Origin: the human T2T-CHM13v2.0 reference genome, Homo sapiens
Reading direction: 5' to 3' (one strand)
DNA length: 64,000 bases
NCBI RefSeq assembly: GCF_009914755.1
Contig: NC_060928.1
Shown: positions 62,863 through 64,000 of the stretch, in pieces
Numbering within the stretch: position 1 is the stretch's first letter
Layout: every line of letters starts with the position of its first letter
The notes under the pieces: generated by a model
Database searches by the model: none
What the model was told of the DNA's origin: nothing
Seen by the model: the letters and a program-made list of their open reading frames with translations, nothing else
Made by a program: the position numbers and the translations under genes

Positions 62863-63582
<720 letters not shown>

Positions 63583-64000
63583 TGAGTCCTCGGGGGCTCC
63601 CCGCCCCGCCCCCTCCCCTGTAGGTGATGCGGGGCGCGCCTACAAGGAAGGGAGGAGCCTGCATTTTCGTGGTACCTACTCCCTGGGCTCCTGTTCCAGC
63701 GGTGCCTGTCGCCTTCTTGCCCATCCGTCCACAATTGCCTTAAATTTGGAAGAGAGGCAGTATCTCAGTTCCATCTATCCCGTTATCCAGGGAAATCATT
63801 CATCCTACTCATGAGTTCCCTCGAACTTGGGCTTTTTCGAGCCTCCGGTTCCGGGGAATGGCTGCTGGTTTCCCTTTAAGGGCTATAACCTGTCAACTCA
63901 TTGTTTGCTTCTCAGACTCCCACCTAGCTGTAGAATGGAGGGGGAAGGGCTGACCTAAATCGCAGGGAAACAATTAGGTTCGCTAATTCTCCGCCTCCAT

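Overview
Human (primate) genomic DNA, recognisable as the 4p13 interval between the divergently oriented 5' ends of APBB2 (minus strand) and UCHL1 (plus strand). UCHL1 is identified from its translated protein: TATA box and coding exons 1-3 at 62.7-63.5 kb. APBB2 is assigned from recalled synteny plus CpG-island and splice-site evidence: non-coding first exon at about 20.2-20.4 kb, a second CpG-island promoter at about 22-22.6 kb, and bases 1-20199 as intron 1. The ~40 kb between the genes is expected to host the divergent lncRNA UCHL1-DT/AS1 and is dense in Alu, L1, L2, MIR, MaLR/ERV1 LTR and hAT MER elements. Almost all ORF-track entries are Alu-, L1- or GC-content artefacts. I cannot demonstrate a new biological system. 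The best leads are: (1) the UCHL1 5' architecture (stop-free in-frame 105-nt intron 1, 12-nt ATG-initial microexon, acceptor inside the 5'UTR, back-to-back donors on both strands); (2) a G29 tract between opposite-strand splice donors; (3) a palindrome containing a uORF start in the APBB2 leader; (4) a CpG-rich coding-like patch at 18.4-18.7 kb; (5) three diverged local duplications, one a structured, acceptor-bearing ~135-bp module; (6) template-switch inversions inside Alus. Repeat family names and most repeat boundaries are by-eye estimates.
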